From contig JAHLTZ010000003.1 of NCBI GenBank assembly GCA_025786725.1, forward strand, positions 558,001 to 622,000: a stretch of DNA of 64,000 nt, given 5' to 3'. Source of the DNA: Syncephalis fuscata S228 (taxonomy: Eukaryota; Fungi; Zoopagomycota). The notes under the pieces are model-generated. The model did not search any database. It had not been told where the DNA came from and saw only the letters and a list, made by a program, of their open reading frames with translations. The translations under genes and the position numbers were made by a program. The first letter of the stretch is position 1; the number at the start of each line of letters is the position of its first letter. Of this stretch, positions 13,987 to 26,265 are shown one piece after another.

Positions 13987-16900
13987 ATGGCGGATGAAGA
14001 ACGTAATAATATTACACGGCAGCCGTCACTTCCACGCTTTCGGCCCCAGCCGGATTTACCTGAACCGGCACCGACTGCTCGCCAGCTATCACCTGGAATA
14101 GACCGTGCTACTACACGCTCAACCAGCATGGACCATTCACACAGTCCCTATGGTAGTAGTCCATCCCCTTCTGATCCATTTAGAGATCCATACGGAAGAG
14201 ATGCTACATATCATCATAGCAACAACCATTATAATGACTATCACGACGATAGTGACGTGAACGGACATTCACTGCGCCGATCTCCCTCTGTGCCTAATGT
14301 GGCACCAAATCGACAAGGATCACGCTCTAACGTACACGTTGACAATGATTATTTCGGCAATGGACCAGCTGAAAATAATCCATTTATGGTGCGTTCCAAT
14401 TCAACTGAAAATTATTTACAACGTCCCTACGAGCCGGTGCGTAGTCGATCTGCCGATAATACAAATTCACCACGCGGTGGTGGACGACGCACCTATCAAC
14501 ATAACGAAGGACATGCAGTAATGCCTTCTGTACCTATAGTGGCAGTATCTCCGGTCTCACCTAGCCTTTCCCCTGGCGCACAGGAGCACGTTGTATCACC
14601 CCTTGGCTCTCCTCTTTCCCCCGGCAGTTCCTCTCAAGCTACATGGTCACCGTCCTTTACAGCGGGGCAACAACACGATCCATATGCAGCCGATCCACGC
14701 TCATACACCCACGATAGCTGGGGCTCACAAGGAACGGTTGATTCAGCCAGTTCAGAGACAAGGCTACGCAATAACACACCTCCTGGCACTTATCCAATAG
14801 GAGATCAGCGAAATAGACGCATATCTGGTCTACGTGAATCATTTACACCGGATGATTTTTATCAAAATGGACAAACAGCACAAGTGTCCATGTCATCGCT
14901 TTATCCACCCACCATGCCGACTATTACTGCATCGGCCACCGTGTCGGCGTCGTCATTACGTACTGGCGATGTAGATTTACTAAGTGCACTACGCGATACC
15001 AGTCTTGATTCTAGTCGCTATGCTATGTTTTCACCTTCGTCCGAATCATTACTTGCCACTATGGAACATCGTAAATTAAATCGTGGCGGTGCTTCACAGG
15101 CCAGTCTTTACACAACTGCTCAATCACAAGGCGGATCGGGTCGTGCAACGCCAATGCGTCGTCGTCAAGAGTCTGCATCGACTGTTATGCGCGAAAGTTT
15201 GCCTGCACCAGCCGATCATTGGTATCCAGCATGGCCAGAGGATGAACAGGAGGTGCCAATTACTATTAGAGAAATTCGTGGTATTTTCCAACGACTACAA
15301 CGTCGATTTGGCTTCCAAGTCGATAATGCGCGTAATCAGTATGATTCATTTATGCGCATGCTTGACTCACGTGCATCGCGTCAAATGCCCGACCAAGCAT
15401 TAAAGACGCTACACGCTGATTATATTGGTGGTCAACATGCCAACTATCGCAAATGGTACTTTTGCGCTCTACTTAACAAAGATTATTCAGCCGATCAAAC
15501 ATGGCGTTCTAACTTCACAACCAATGATGGCGGCAGCGTTGAAGACCAGAAAAGTCTACCTGCTGCTGAACATGTATGGCGTGTTCGAATGCAACGCATG
15601 TCATCTTATACACGTGTACGACAAATCGCTCTTTGGCTGCTTATCTGGGGCGAGGCAAGTGTTATACGATTTATGCCTGAATGTCTATGCTTTTTATTTA
15701 AATTGGCCGACGATTCATTGGATGTGTGTGAGCCAGGTACTGAGGATACACAGTTACGATTTGAAGAAAATGCCTTTTTACGCGATGTCATCACGCCAAT
15801 TTACCAGTACATCCGTGAACAAGCCTATGAAATTCGCGATGGCAAATACGTAAAACGTGAACGTGACCACACCGACACTGTAGGCTATGACGATTGTAAT
15901 GAACTATTTTGGACACGTGAAGGTATTCAACGTATTCGTATTAAAGGACCTGCGCGTACACGCTTAGTAGAAACACCAGCCGAGGCAAGATATGCACAGC
16001 TGGGCCATATTGATTGGAATGCGGCATTTCGTAAATCGTATAAGGAACGACGTACATTTTTACATTTGCTAGTTAATTTTCCACGTATTTGGATCATTCA
16101 CATATGCTTCTTCTATTATTATACGATATTTAATGCGCCCTTCGTTTATGATCCAAATGGTGACGATCCAATTAGTATGCCGTTAACAGTAGCAGCACAA
16201 GGCGGTTCTATTGCCACAATTATTATGTTAATGGCGACAGTTTGCGAGTTTTTCTTTGTACGTACCCGTTGGAATGCCTCTAGTATCCTATTAAGTCGGC
16301 TTGTTTGGCTAGTTATTATCCTGGTCGTCAACTTGGCTCCATCCGTATATATTATACAATTTTCACGTCGTGGTCTAATACCAACTATTGTGTCCATTGC
16401 ACAATTCGTCTATTCGATTGTTTGTACAGCTGTCTTTTCAACCATCCCATCGGGCCGTCTATTCCGCCGTAATGGTAAATCTAAAGCTGTTCAGGACGCC
16501 AATTTGGCCATTCGTACGTTTACGGCAAGCTTTCCCACTTTAAAACCAACAGAACGAGCCGTGTCCATTGGTATGTGGACCTGCGTATTTTTATCCAAGT
16601 TCCTAGAGTCCTACTTCTTCTTGGCGCTTTCTTTCAAAGATACGCTCAAGGCTATGATTGATATTCCACAAACTGAATGTTCAACAATGGTCAGTATGAA
16701 CTTTTGTCGCGGTATGGGTTATATGACACTATCCGTCGTTACACTATTGGATCTATTGCTGTTTTTCCTTGATACTTACCTGTGGTATATTATCTGGAAT
16801 GCTATCTTCAGTGTTTGTCGTTCATTCTATCTTGGTATTTCAATCTATTCGCCATGGCGTAATATTTTTTCGCGTCTACCTAAACGTATTTATGCCAAAC

Positions 16901-19900
16901 TAATTGCTAGCGATGATATGAGTATGCGTAGCAAACCACGTCTATTAGCATCGCAAATCTGGAATGCTATTGTTGTTTCAATGTTCCGCGAGCATTTAAT
17001 TTCATCAGACACACTTGAAAAGATGATGTATCAACAGGTAAGTTTACCAACGAATATATACGTATATATAAATACATATACTAGTCAATATTAATCAATA
17101 TTAATCAATACAATATTATAGACACCTAGTGAGGATGGTCGTAAGCAATTAAAGGAGCCAACCTTTTTTATTGCTCAAGAAGATTCATCGCTTAAAGGTG
17201 AATACTTTGAACGAGGCAGTGAAGCGGAACGTCGCTTTTCCTACTTTGCTCAATCGTTGGCCACACTTATACCTGAACCAGTCGGTGTTGAGCGCATGCC
17301 AACTTTCACAGTACTTACACCTCACTACGGTGAAAAGATTTTATTATCGCTAAAAGAGATTATTCGCGAAAACGATAAGCAAACGCGTATTACTTTGTTA
17401 GAGTATTTAAAGAAGATGCATCGTAGTGAATGGGACAACTTTGTATGCGATAGTAAATTATTAGCTGAAGAAATGCCGGAACTAGCCGAGCCGCATATCA
17501 ATTACGCAAATTCAATCGATTCACGTACAGGTGCCAGTAACAGCTTAAATCCTAGTGTTACCGAGAGTGTAACAACAAGTGAAAACGGTCAACCTGATGC
17601 CAGTCCTCAGGCCAACTCAAAACTTGACGACATTGCTTACCAAACAATTGGCTACAAGTCAGCTACGCCTGAATTTACACTACGTACACGTATTTGGGCA
17701 TCGCTTCGTTCACAAACACTTTATAGGACTGTATCTGGATTTATGAATTATTCGAAAGCATTGCGTCTTCTTTATCGCGTTGAACATCCCGACTGTCCCC
17801 AAGGCATGTTAGGAGAGATGCACGCTGATCAACATGCTAAGCGCAAGTTTTGCTTCCTAATTTCTATGCAACGCTATACTAAATTTGACGCTGAAGAACT
17901 TGAATGTGTTGAATTTTTATTCAAAGCTTATCCAGATCTACAGATCGCCTATCTTGACGAAGAGAAAGCTGCTGATGGTGAATCAATTGAATCACGTATC
18001 TACTCGGTATTGATTGATGGTCGTTGCGAATTACTACCTGATGGACGTCGTAAACCAAAATATCGTATTCAGGTAAATATGATTAATTATTAGTGCATTT
18101 TAATAATATTAATACTAATCATTTTATTGTTTAATTGTTTAATTATTTAATTGTTTAATTATAGTTACCCGGTAATCCTATTCTAGGCGATGGTAAATCT
18201 GATAATCAAAATCATGCCATCATTTTCATGCGTGGTGAATATTTACAATTGATTGATGCTAATCAAGATAACTATCTTGAAGAAGCATTAAAGATTCGTA
18301 ATATTCTAGCTGAATTTGAAGAATTTGAAGGTGATGTCAATAGCCAGGATCCTTATGGTGAAAATGTCCACTATCCACCACCAGTAGCCATTGTGGGTGC
18401 ACGTGAATTTATCTTCTCACAAAGTGTCGGTGTGCTTGGTGATGTGGCAGCCGGTAAAGAAACGACTTTCGGTACACTTGCTCATCGTATTATGGCCAAG
18501 ATGGGTGGTAAATTACATTATGGTCATCCAGACTTTTTGAATGCTATTTATATGAATACACGTGGCGGTGTAAGTAAAGCAACTAAAGGACTTCACTTGA
18601 ACGAAGATATCTACGCGGGTATGAATGCCTTTGAACGTGGTGGCCGTATTAAACATACCGAATACTTTCAATGTGGCAAAGGTCGCGATCTTGGCTTTTG
18701 CAGCGTGTTAAACTTTAATACAAAGATTGGTACGGGTATGGCCGAACAATTCCTATCGCGCGAACACTACTACATCGGTACACAATTACCGTTGGATCGT
18801 TTCTTGACGTTCTTCTACGCTCATCCAGGCTTCCAGATCAACAATATACAGATCATGGTCGCAACTCAACTATTCATGTATTCACTAATGCTTATCGGTG
18901 TGTTGGCTCAGTCCATCATACTATGTGATGAACTACCGGACAATGCACCACCTGATGCACAGCTTATGCCACCTGGCTGCTTTAACATCTGGCCTATTAT
19001 TCAATGGATGAAACGCTGTGTTATTAGCGTAATTGCCGTATTTCTCGTAGCTTTCTTGCCACTATTCTTCAAATGGTTACCGAGCAAGGCTTTTTACGTG
19101 CATTAGCCCGTCTTGGTAAACAGCTATTCTCAATGTCACCGCTATTTGAGGTATTTGCCACACAAATCTACTCGAATAGTATCATGACGAATTTGAGCTT
19201 TGGTGGTGCTCGTTACATTGGTACCGGCCGTGGGGTAGCCATTACTCGATTGCCTTTTGCCACGCTTTATTCACGATTTGCTGGTAGCGCCATTTATCTT
19301 GGTGTACGTATGGTACTTATGCTACTATTGGCCTCATTCACCATCTGGATTCCGCATTTGACCTACTTTTGGATTACTAATATGGCTTTATGTATTGCAC
19401 CTTTCTTCTTTAATCCCCATCAATTCATTCCAAGTGAATTTATTATCGATTATCGAGCATGGCTACGCTGGATGTCGGCCGGTAATGTTCGTTCCGAATC
19501 AAACTCGTGGATTAATCATTGTCGCTCTGCCCGTACACGTATTACCGGTCACAAACGTAAACGTTTAGGTGACAGTGGTAAAGGTGTGGCCAGTATACCG
19601 CGGGCCAGTAAAATGACCATGTTCTGGACTGAGCTCTTCTTCCCGATTGTATTGGCTGCTATGTTGGTATTCACCTACACATTCGCTAAAGACTACAGCG
19701 GATACCACCAAGGTATTAAACGTATTTGTGTATTGGCTATTCTACCAATTGCCATGAATATGGCCATACTAGCCGGTCATTTGTTTTGTCCATTCTACTT
19801 GGCAATACACTTGGCGCGCTATTCAAATCGTTTGGCAGTGTTATGGCCGGTATTGCTCATGCCTGGGCAGTTATCAATTTAATCGCCACCTTTATGCTGC

Positions 19901-20430
19901 TCTATTTATTGGAAGGCTGGGACCCAGCCTTCACCGTACTTGGCGTCATGGCGATGATTGCCATTCAACGTGCAGTATTTGCTTTAATGACTACATTTTT
20001 ACTGACACGCGAATACGACCAAGATGCATCCAATCTTGCTTGGTGGACGGGTAAATGGCGCGGACGTGGTCTTGGCTGGGGCGGCATTCTACAGCCATTG
20101 CGTGAATTTTGCTGCAAGATTGTTGAGGCATCGCTATTCGCCGTTGACTTTATTGCTGGCCACTTTATTCTATTCGCTCTATCGCTGTTATGTCTTGTAC
20201 CATGGATGGATCGTTGGCATACGGCCATTCTCTTCTGGCTGCCGCCCAGCCGCCAATTCCGTCGCCCTATTTACTCGATGCGCGAACGCAGTCGTCGCCG
20301 CCGCCTATGCATCGGATATGGTCTGCTTTTTACTTTAATGTTCCTCGTGTTTGCTGCTTTGCTTATTGTGCCGCGAGTTAAGCCCGATCTAGCACCCACC
20401 AAGAAGATTGCCAAATTATTCCCATTCTAA
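13987..20430 (+). CDS. FKS1: 1,3-beta-glucan synthase catalytic subunit (GT48), 2 introns, 2 apparent single-base frameshifts (~19070, ~19778)
   Basis: Motifs [83 protein letters not shown] and [11 protein letters not shown]. Introns at 17038-17121 and 18073-18163. Confidence 0.97.
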
Positions 20431-20584
20431 TAACCAATAACACTTATTAATTGATACCTTTCTCGCTTTCTCCATCATTATTAAAATAATTAAATAAATG
20501 ACATATGTTTAAAATTTACTGTGTACTGTGTTTATTTACTAATAATAATAATAAATGGTATATTTATTATTTATTGAATACACT

Positions 20585-21860
20585 TAATATTCGCGTAATT
20601 GAACTACACTTTCGTTCTCTTGAACATGGGACAAGTGGTAAATTATATTGAGCATCATATCATGGCATTTATTATTTGTTTTGGAATCAAATGACTATTT
20701 TTAATAACATTCGCGTAGTTGAACTACACATTCGTTCTCTTGAACATGGGGACAAGTGGTGAATTTTCTTTAATCATTACATCATCACACTTGTTACTTT
20801 TTGGGTGCCAAATGACTATTTTACTAACATCCAATCTATTGAACATGATGATGGGTGGTGAGTGACATCAGGGTCCAAAATACTCATCATCATAGCTTCG
20901 TTATCCAGTATGCATATATCCAGTACACATATATCCTATATTCACCTATATCACTCCCATTTTGTCCCACACTACTGTGTATCATTCTATGATATGCTAG
21001 ATACATTCTATTATTTGTGTGTCCCAATACGCTTTACTCATTTCCTTCATTGCGCTATATGCACTATAACTTTAACATTGTTTTTATGATTTCTTACCGT
21101 ATATTTATCATTCTATGTATCATTCTATACTCACTTAGCCTTCCTCTATCTAAAACTGGTTTTACTTTTGCTCTAGCTCTATTATTAACAAATGTCGACT
21201 AATTCTGCTCATTGATCATGCATATATGCTCATTAACTTTAGCACGGCTAATCGTCAGTATGTAGTGCATATTCTTTATATTGGATACTGTTTTATTGTC
21301 TAATAACTATGCGCTAGCTATTGCAGTTGTTCTTTTTGTTCTAGCACTATTATTAAGAAAGTTTGACTAATGTCGGTCATCTACTCATGCATATATGCAT
21401 AATAACTTCAACAATGCTAATCTCGTTTAATATTGCATATTCATTATAATGCTTATTATTTTATTATATATTGGCTATACGCTATCTATAACCGTTGTCA
21501 GTATGGTTACAGCTCTTTTATTAATAAAAATTAATATATGCACTTAGTTTGTTCACTGGACTATATTGATAGAACAAATAATATAAATATGAATAAAGTT
21601 ATGTTTTATTAAGATTGTTTATAAATAAACTATACTATGTCAATTAGTTATGATTTTATTGTTAATCAAGCAAAGTGACGGGTATATATAGTAATAACAT
21701 ATACTGTGATGATATATGCATACTGGATAATGATTTATGATGATGGATATTTTGGATCCTGATGTCACTCACCATCCATCATTATGTTTAATAGAAGGAA
21801 TGCGTAGTTCAATTACGCGAATGCTATTAAAAATAGCCATTTGACCCCCGAATCATAATA
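20585..21860. mobile_element. MITE family A copy 1 (long ~150-bp TIRs, tandemly reiterated left end)
   Basis: The left arm (AAATGACTATTTTTAATAACATTCGCGTAGTTGAACTAC...GGTGAGTGACATCAGG.TCCAAAATA...TCCAGTATGCATAT) is inverted at 21712-21860. The interior is nearly identical to copy 2. Confidence 0.85.
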
Positions 21861-22658
21861 ATTGTTTATTCATATTACATCAGCACTTGCACCCACACTA
21901 TAAAAACAGTCTGCCGATCGCATAGCACACGATTTACGTCACACCTTCCTCTTTCTCTTCCTCCACACTTGACAGCATTCATCCACTAGCCACCTTCCCA
22001 CTTGCACTTGTTTCCATAAGTTGGTATATGCCTTGCTTGCTATATGTCATTGTTAGTCTATTAGTATAAGCATGCCTAGTCTCGGTACTACATACCGCCC
22101 TGCTGTATGGCGCCATGCAGCAGTGCTAGCGGTATCGTTTTACCTTGTGAGCAGCTGCTAGTATGCTAGCTATGATGGATATATGCTACTAAACAACATG
22201 CACTGTTCTCTTTCTCTTTCTCTTTCTCTTCATCCTTCTCTTTATCCGCCTTTTCTCTAACCTTCCATTACTCACCGTACTAGCAACAGTGTATGCTGGA
22301 TATATGCTACCAAGCATATACTGTTCCTTTCTCTCCCTCTCCCTCATCCTTTCCTCTATATCTTCCATTGCTCACCGTGCTAGCAATAGTGTGTTTAGCT
22401 ACGGTAGTAGCATATAGTGGCACTCTGTACTGGCCATACAGCAGTGCCATTATATGCACTGCCTGTAAACACCTGCCAGCACGATGTTACATTGGCAGCT
22501 CTTCTTCTCTTTCCCTTTTCCCTTTTAACAATCCACTTACCGGTCCTTTTTTATGGTGCACTGGTCATGCAATGGTAAGTAACTAACTTAAATCTGTCAC
22601 TAACTCTGCATATAATACTTTAGATTTACAAGCCATCAAGTATCAAGTTCAAGGACAA

Positions 22659-24108
22659 TGGCGTATTAGTGTGTTAGCGGCTGGCTACCAAGCAATATAA
22701 CAACCAATGTTATATTGATGACTTTAGATTTTGTTTACTAACTTACTAACCTGTATTGATAATTACAAATTTATATCATAAATAAAAATCACCAAATTGT
22801 TTTAGTGTGCTAGCGGCCGGCTACACAACATTGCAACATACTAACTTTATATGTATTGTTTTATATTTTAGATACCGGATACTAACACTAACATTTATTG
22901 ATTATTATAGATTTTAGATAGCTGGACACCAACACCAACGCCAACAACACCATCAACACCGACACCGACATCAACATCAACGCCAACAACATCAACACCG
23001 ACACCAACACCAACACCAGTACTAGCACCAACAACATCAACACCGACACCGACATCAACATCAACGCCAACAACATCAACACCGACACCAACACCAACAA
23101 CACCGACAACACCGACACCAGCAACACCGACACCAGCACCAGTACTAGCACCAACAACATCAACACCAACACCAACACCAGCAACAACAACACCAACACT
23201 AACATCGACAACACCAACATCAACATTGGCACCAGCACCAACACCAACACCAGTACCAGCAACACCGACACCAACACCAGTACCAGCAACACCGACACCA
23301 ACACCAGCACCAACAACACCAACACCAACATCGACAACAGCACCAGCACTAGCACTAGCACTAGCACCAACAACACCAGTACCAACAACACCAGCAACAC
23401 CGACACCGACACCAACACCAGTACCAACAACACCAGCACCAGCACCAGCAACACCAACACCAGTACCAACAACACTAACAACATCAACACCGACACCGAC
23501 ATCAACATCAACGCCAACAACATCAACACCGACACCAACACCAGTACCAACAACACTAGCACCAGCACCAGCAACACCGACACCGACACCAACACCAGCA
23601 CCAACAACACCAACACCAACATCGACAACAGCACCAGCACTAGCACTAGCACCAGCACCAACAACACCAGTACCAACAACACCAGCAACACCGACACCGA
23701 CACCAACACCAGTACCAACAACACCAGCACCAGCACCAGCAACACCAACACCAGTACCAACAACACTAGCAACATCAACACCGACACCGACATCAACATC
23801 AACACCAGCAACACCAACACCAACATCAGCAACACCGACATCAACATTGGCACCAGCACCAACACCAACACCAGTACCAAAAACACCAGCAACACCGGCA
23901 CCAACACTAACATTATTATTGTTATTTAGATTTTAGATCGCCGGCCATGGACACATTAATGTAAGTATTATTATTATAAATAGCCGGCCGCTAGCACACT
24001 AAACCAAATACAAAATAACAATTCAAGACAATTGTCTACTAACGTACTAACATTGTATTGGTTATTTTAGAATTGTAGGTAGCCGGCCGCTAACACACTA
24101 ATACGCCA
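22659..24108. mobile_element. Foldback-like element (family C) with nested inverted repeats enclosing a triplet expansion
   Basis: Outer 31-bp IR at 22659-22689 and 24078-24108 (1 mismatch); inner 23-bp perfect IR at 22801-22823 and 23981-24003. No clear target-site duplication seen. Confidence 0.7.
22926..23911 (+). repeat. A/C-rich triplet-periodic minisatellite (ACACCA/GCACCA/ACATCA units) with a higher-order 291-bp duplication; open Pro/Thr-rich frame
   Basis: Seen directly. The block starting at 23301 recurs at 23592. The T/P frame is open from 22911 to 23936, but no convincing ATG is present. Confidence 0.9.
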
Positions 24109-24601
24109 CTTTAAATAAGTAAGTAATGTGATACAGCAGCTGTAGCAGTATCCATCATACTTTGTATGTGATGGTATCCTGCCACCAATAAACGGTGGTA
24201 TACCATCACAACAATAGCAACAAATAAGTACTTGATGCGATATCATCAAGATTAATTGATACTATTGCTATCAATTAACAGCAAGATTAAAATATATATA
24301 TTGGTCAATTAATAATATATTATTTATTACCAATATCAAACTTATTATGGTTTGATATTAACAAACAATATCAGAGCAAAGCATTAAATAAAAGCACATA
24401 GCTACTAAATAAGTAGATGCAAAGGTTTATACTTTTGCACCTCTTAATCAACAACAATATGAGCAATATACTTTATTGCATTTAATAATGTTAATTGTAA
24501 TAATAAATATTATACAATTAGTATATTTGCACATATTAACTACTCATTAATTAATTAAATAAAATGATTTTTACAATCGTTAAATAATTTATTAATTATT
24601 A

Positions 24602-25480
24602 TAGTATGCTTTGATAGTCAAATGGCTATTTTTAATAGCATTCGCGTAATTGAACTACACATTCCTTCTATTTAACATAGAACTGGATGGTGAGTGACAT
24701 CAGGATCCAAAATACTCATCATCATAGCTTCGTTATCCAGTATGCATATATCCAGTACACATATATCCTATATTCACCTATATTATTCCCATTCTGTCCC
24801 ACACTACTGTGTATCATTCTATGATATGCTAGATACATTCTATTATTTGTGTGTCCCAATACGCTTTACTCATTTCCTTCATTGCGCTATATGCACTATA
24901 ACTTTAACATTGTTTTTATGATTTCTTACCGTATATTTATCATTCTATGTATCATTCTATACTCACTTAGCCTTCCTCTATCTAAAACTGGTTTTACTTT
25001 TGCTCTAGCTCTATTATTAACAAATGTCGACTAATTCTGCTCATTGATCATGCATATATGCTCATTAACTTTAGCACGGCTAATCGTCAGTATGTAGTGC
25101 ATATTCTTTATATTTGTATATTAATTTATTATCTAATAAATACGCATCAACTATTACAACTTGTCTTTTTGCTCTAGCACAATTATTAATAAATGTCAAC
25201 TCATTCATCTCATGCATTTAACAAGCTATATGTAATTAGAATCTATAATAATATGCTGTATTCAGTATAGTATATAATAGTATATAATAGTATAAGCATG
25301 CATTGTTAACAATATATATGGATAGAGAATATATAAATACTGGATAATAAATTTGCGCTAACAAATGTTTTAAGCTTTGATGTCATTCACTACCTAACAT
25401 TATGCTCAATAGAAAGAATTTTTTAGTTCAGTTACATAAATATTTATTAAATATTGTCATTTGATCATTAAATCACACTA
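24602..25480. mobile_element. MITE family A copy 2
   Basis: Starts TAGTATGCTTTG and ends TAAATCACACTA (TA at both ends). 24689-25114 is nearly identical to 20857-21282 (offset 3832). The right TIR is more degenerate. Confidence 0.85.
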
Positions 25481-26265
25481 TGATTAAATGATTTGAACTT
25501 AAGAATAAATTGTATAATAATGTTAAATGATTCATAACATTTATATAATTAATATATTTTGCTACTTTAATAAGTAAGCGTTAGGGTTCATAAGCGTTTT
25601 AAGCTAAAAGTTAAAAATAATATAACATTGCATATTAATGTAATAACACTAATAAGAAATAAGATGATTGGCTAAATAGACGACTAATGTTATTGTTAAA
25701 ATGATTAATGAGAGTAGTTGTATTGAATGTAATACAAATCAAATGACCAAATGGTATTATATGAATAAAAGACTATACATAGATTAATTATTATCATGTA
25801 AATGCATCTAAATTGTTATATAAATAGTACTTTTAGCAAGTATCATTAATCAATTACAGTAATTATATAACAAAGAACATTAAAAGACATGACGACTATT
25901 AAATCAAGGCGCAAGCGCATGCTGCACTCAAGGACCAAACCTGTAATACGATGTGAAATTGTGATATAATGGCTGCAAAAATATCCATTACATTTTTAAT
26001 CTGTATATGAAAATATAATAATAAATATATCAAATAATGCTGACGTAAAAATAACTAACCATATAAATCACTATGTAACTGGTTGCAACTCTTTCATATC
26101 TTTCTTAAAGATTTAAATATTTTCTTTCTCAAAAACCTGTAATTAGCAACAATGACTTGTGTCTTTCAATTTTGAGGCCTATGCTATGCATGCAATGCAC
26201 AATGTTTTGATTAATAAAACTAGATTAGATATTTACATTGAACGCAGAAAGCAGCTATAAATATT

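Noticed and set aside
19060-19790. FKS1 split into several genes, or programmed frameshifting
   Set aside because: Single-base insertions restore continuous homology, no slippery heptamer is evident, and the same error type recurs across the window.
20585-20860. Spaced direct repeats superficially like a CRISPR array
   Set aside because: The units are ~120-bp reiterations of the MITE terminus with homologous 'spacers'; the context is eukaryotic and there are no cas genes.
20862-21202. Short ORFs duplicated at 24694-25034
   Set aside because: They lie inside MITE copies, start at GTG, and have no transposase motifs.
22888-23913. 341-aa Leu/Val ORF on the minus strand
   Set aside because: It is the antisense reading of the A/C-rich triplet array; it stays open because of base composition and is not a plausible protein.
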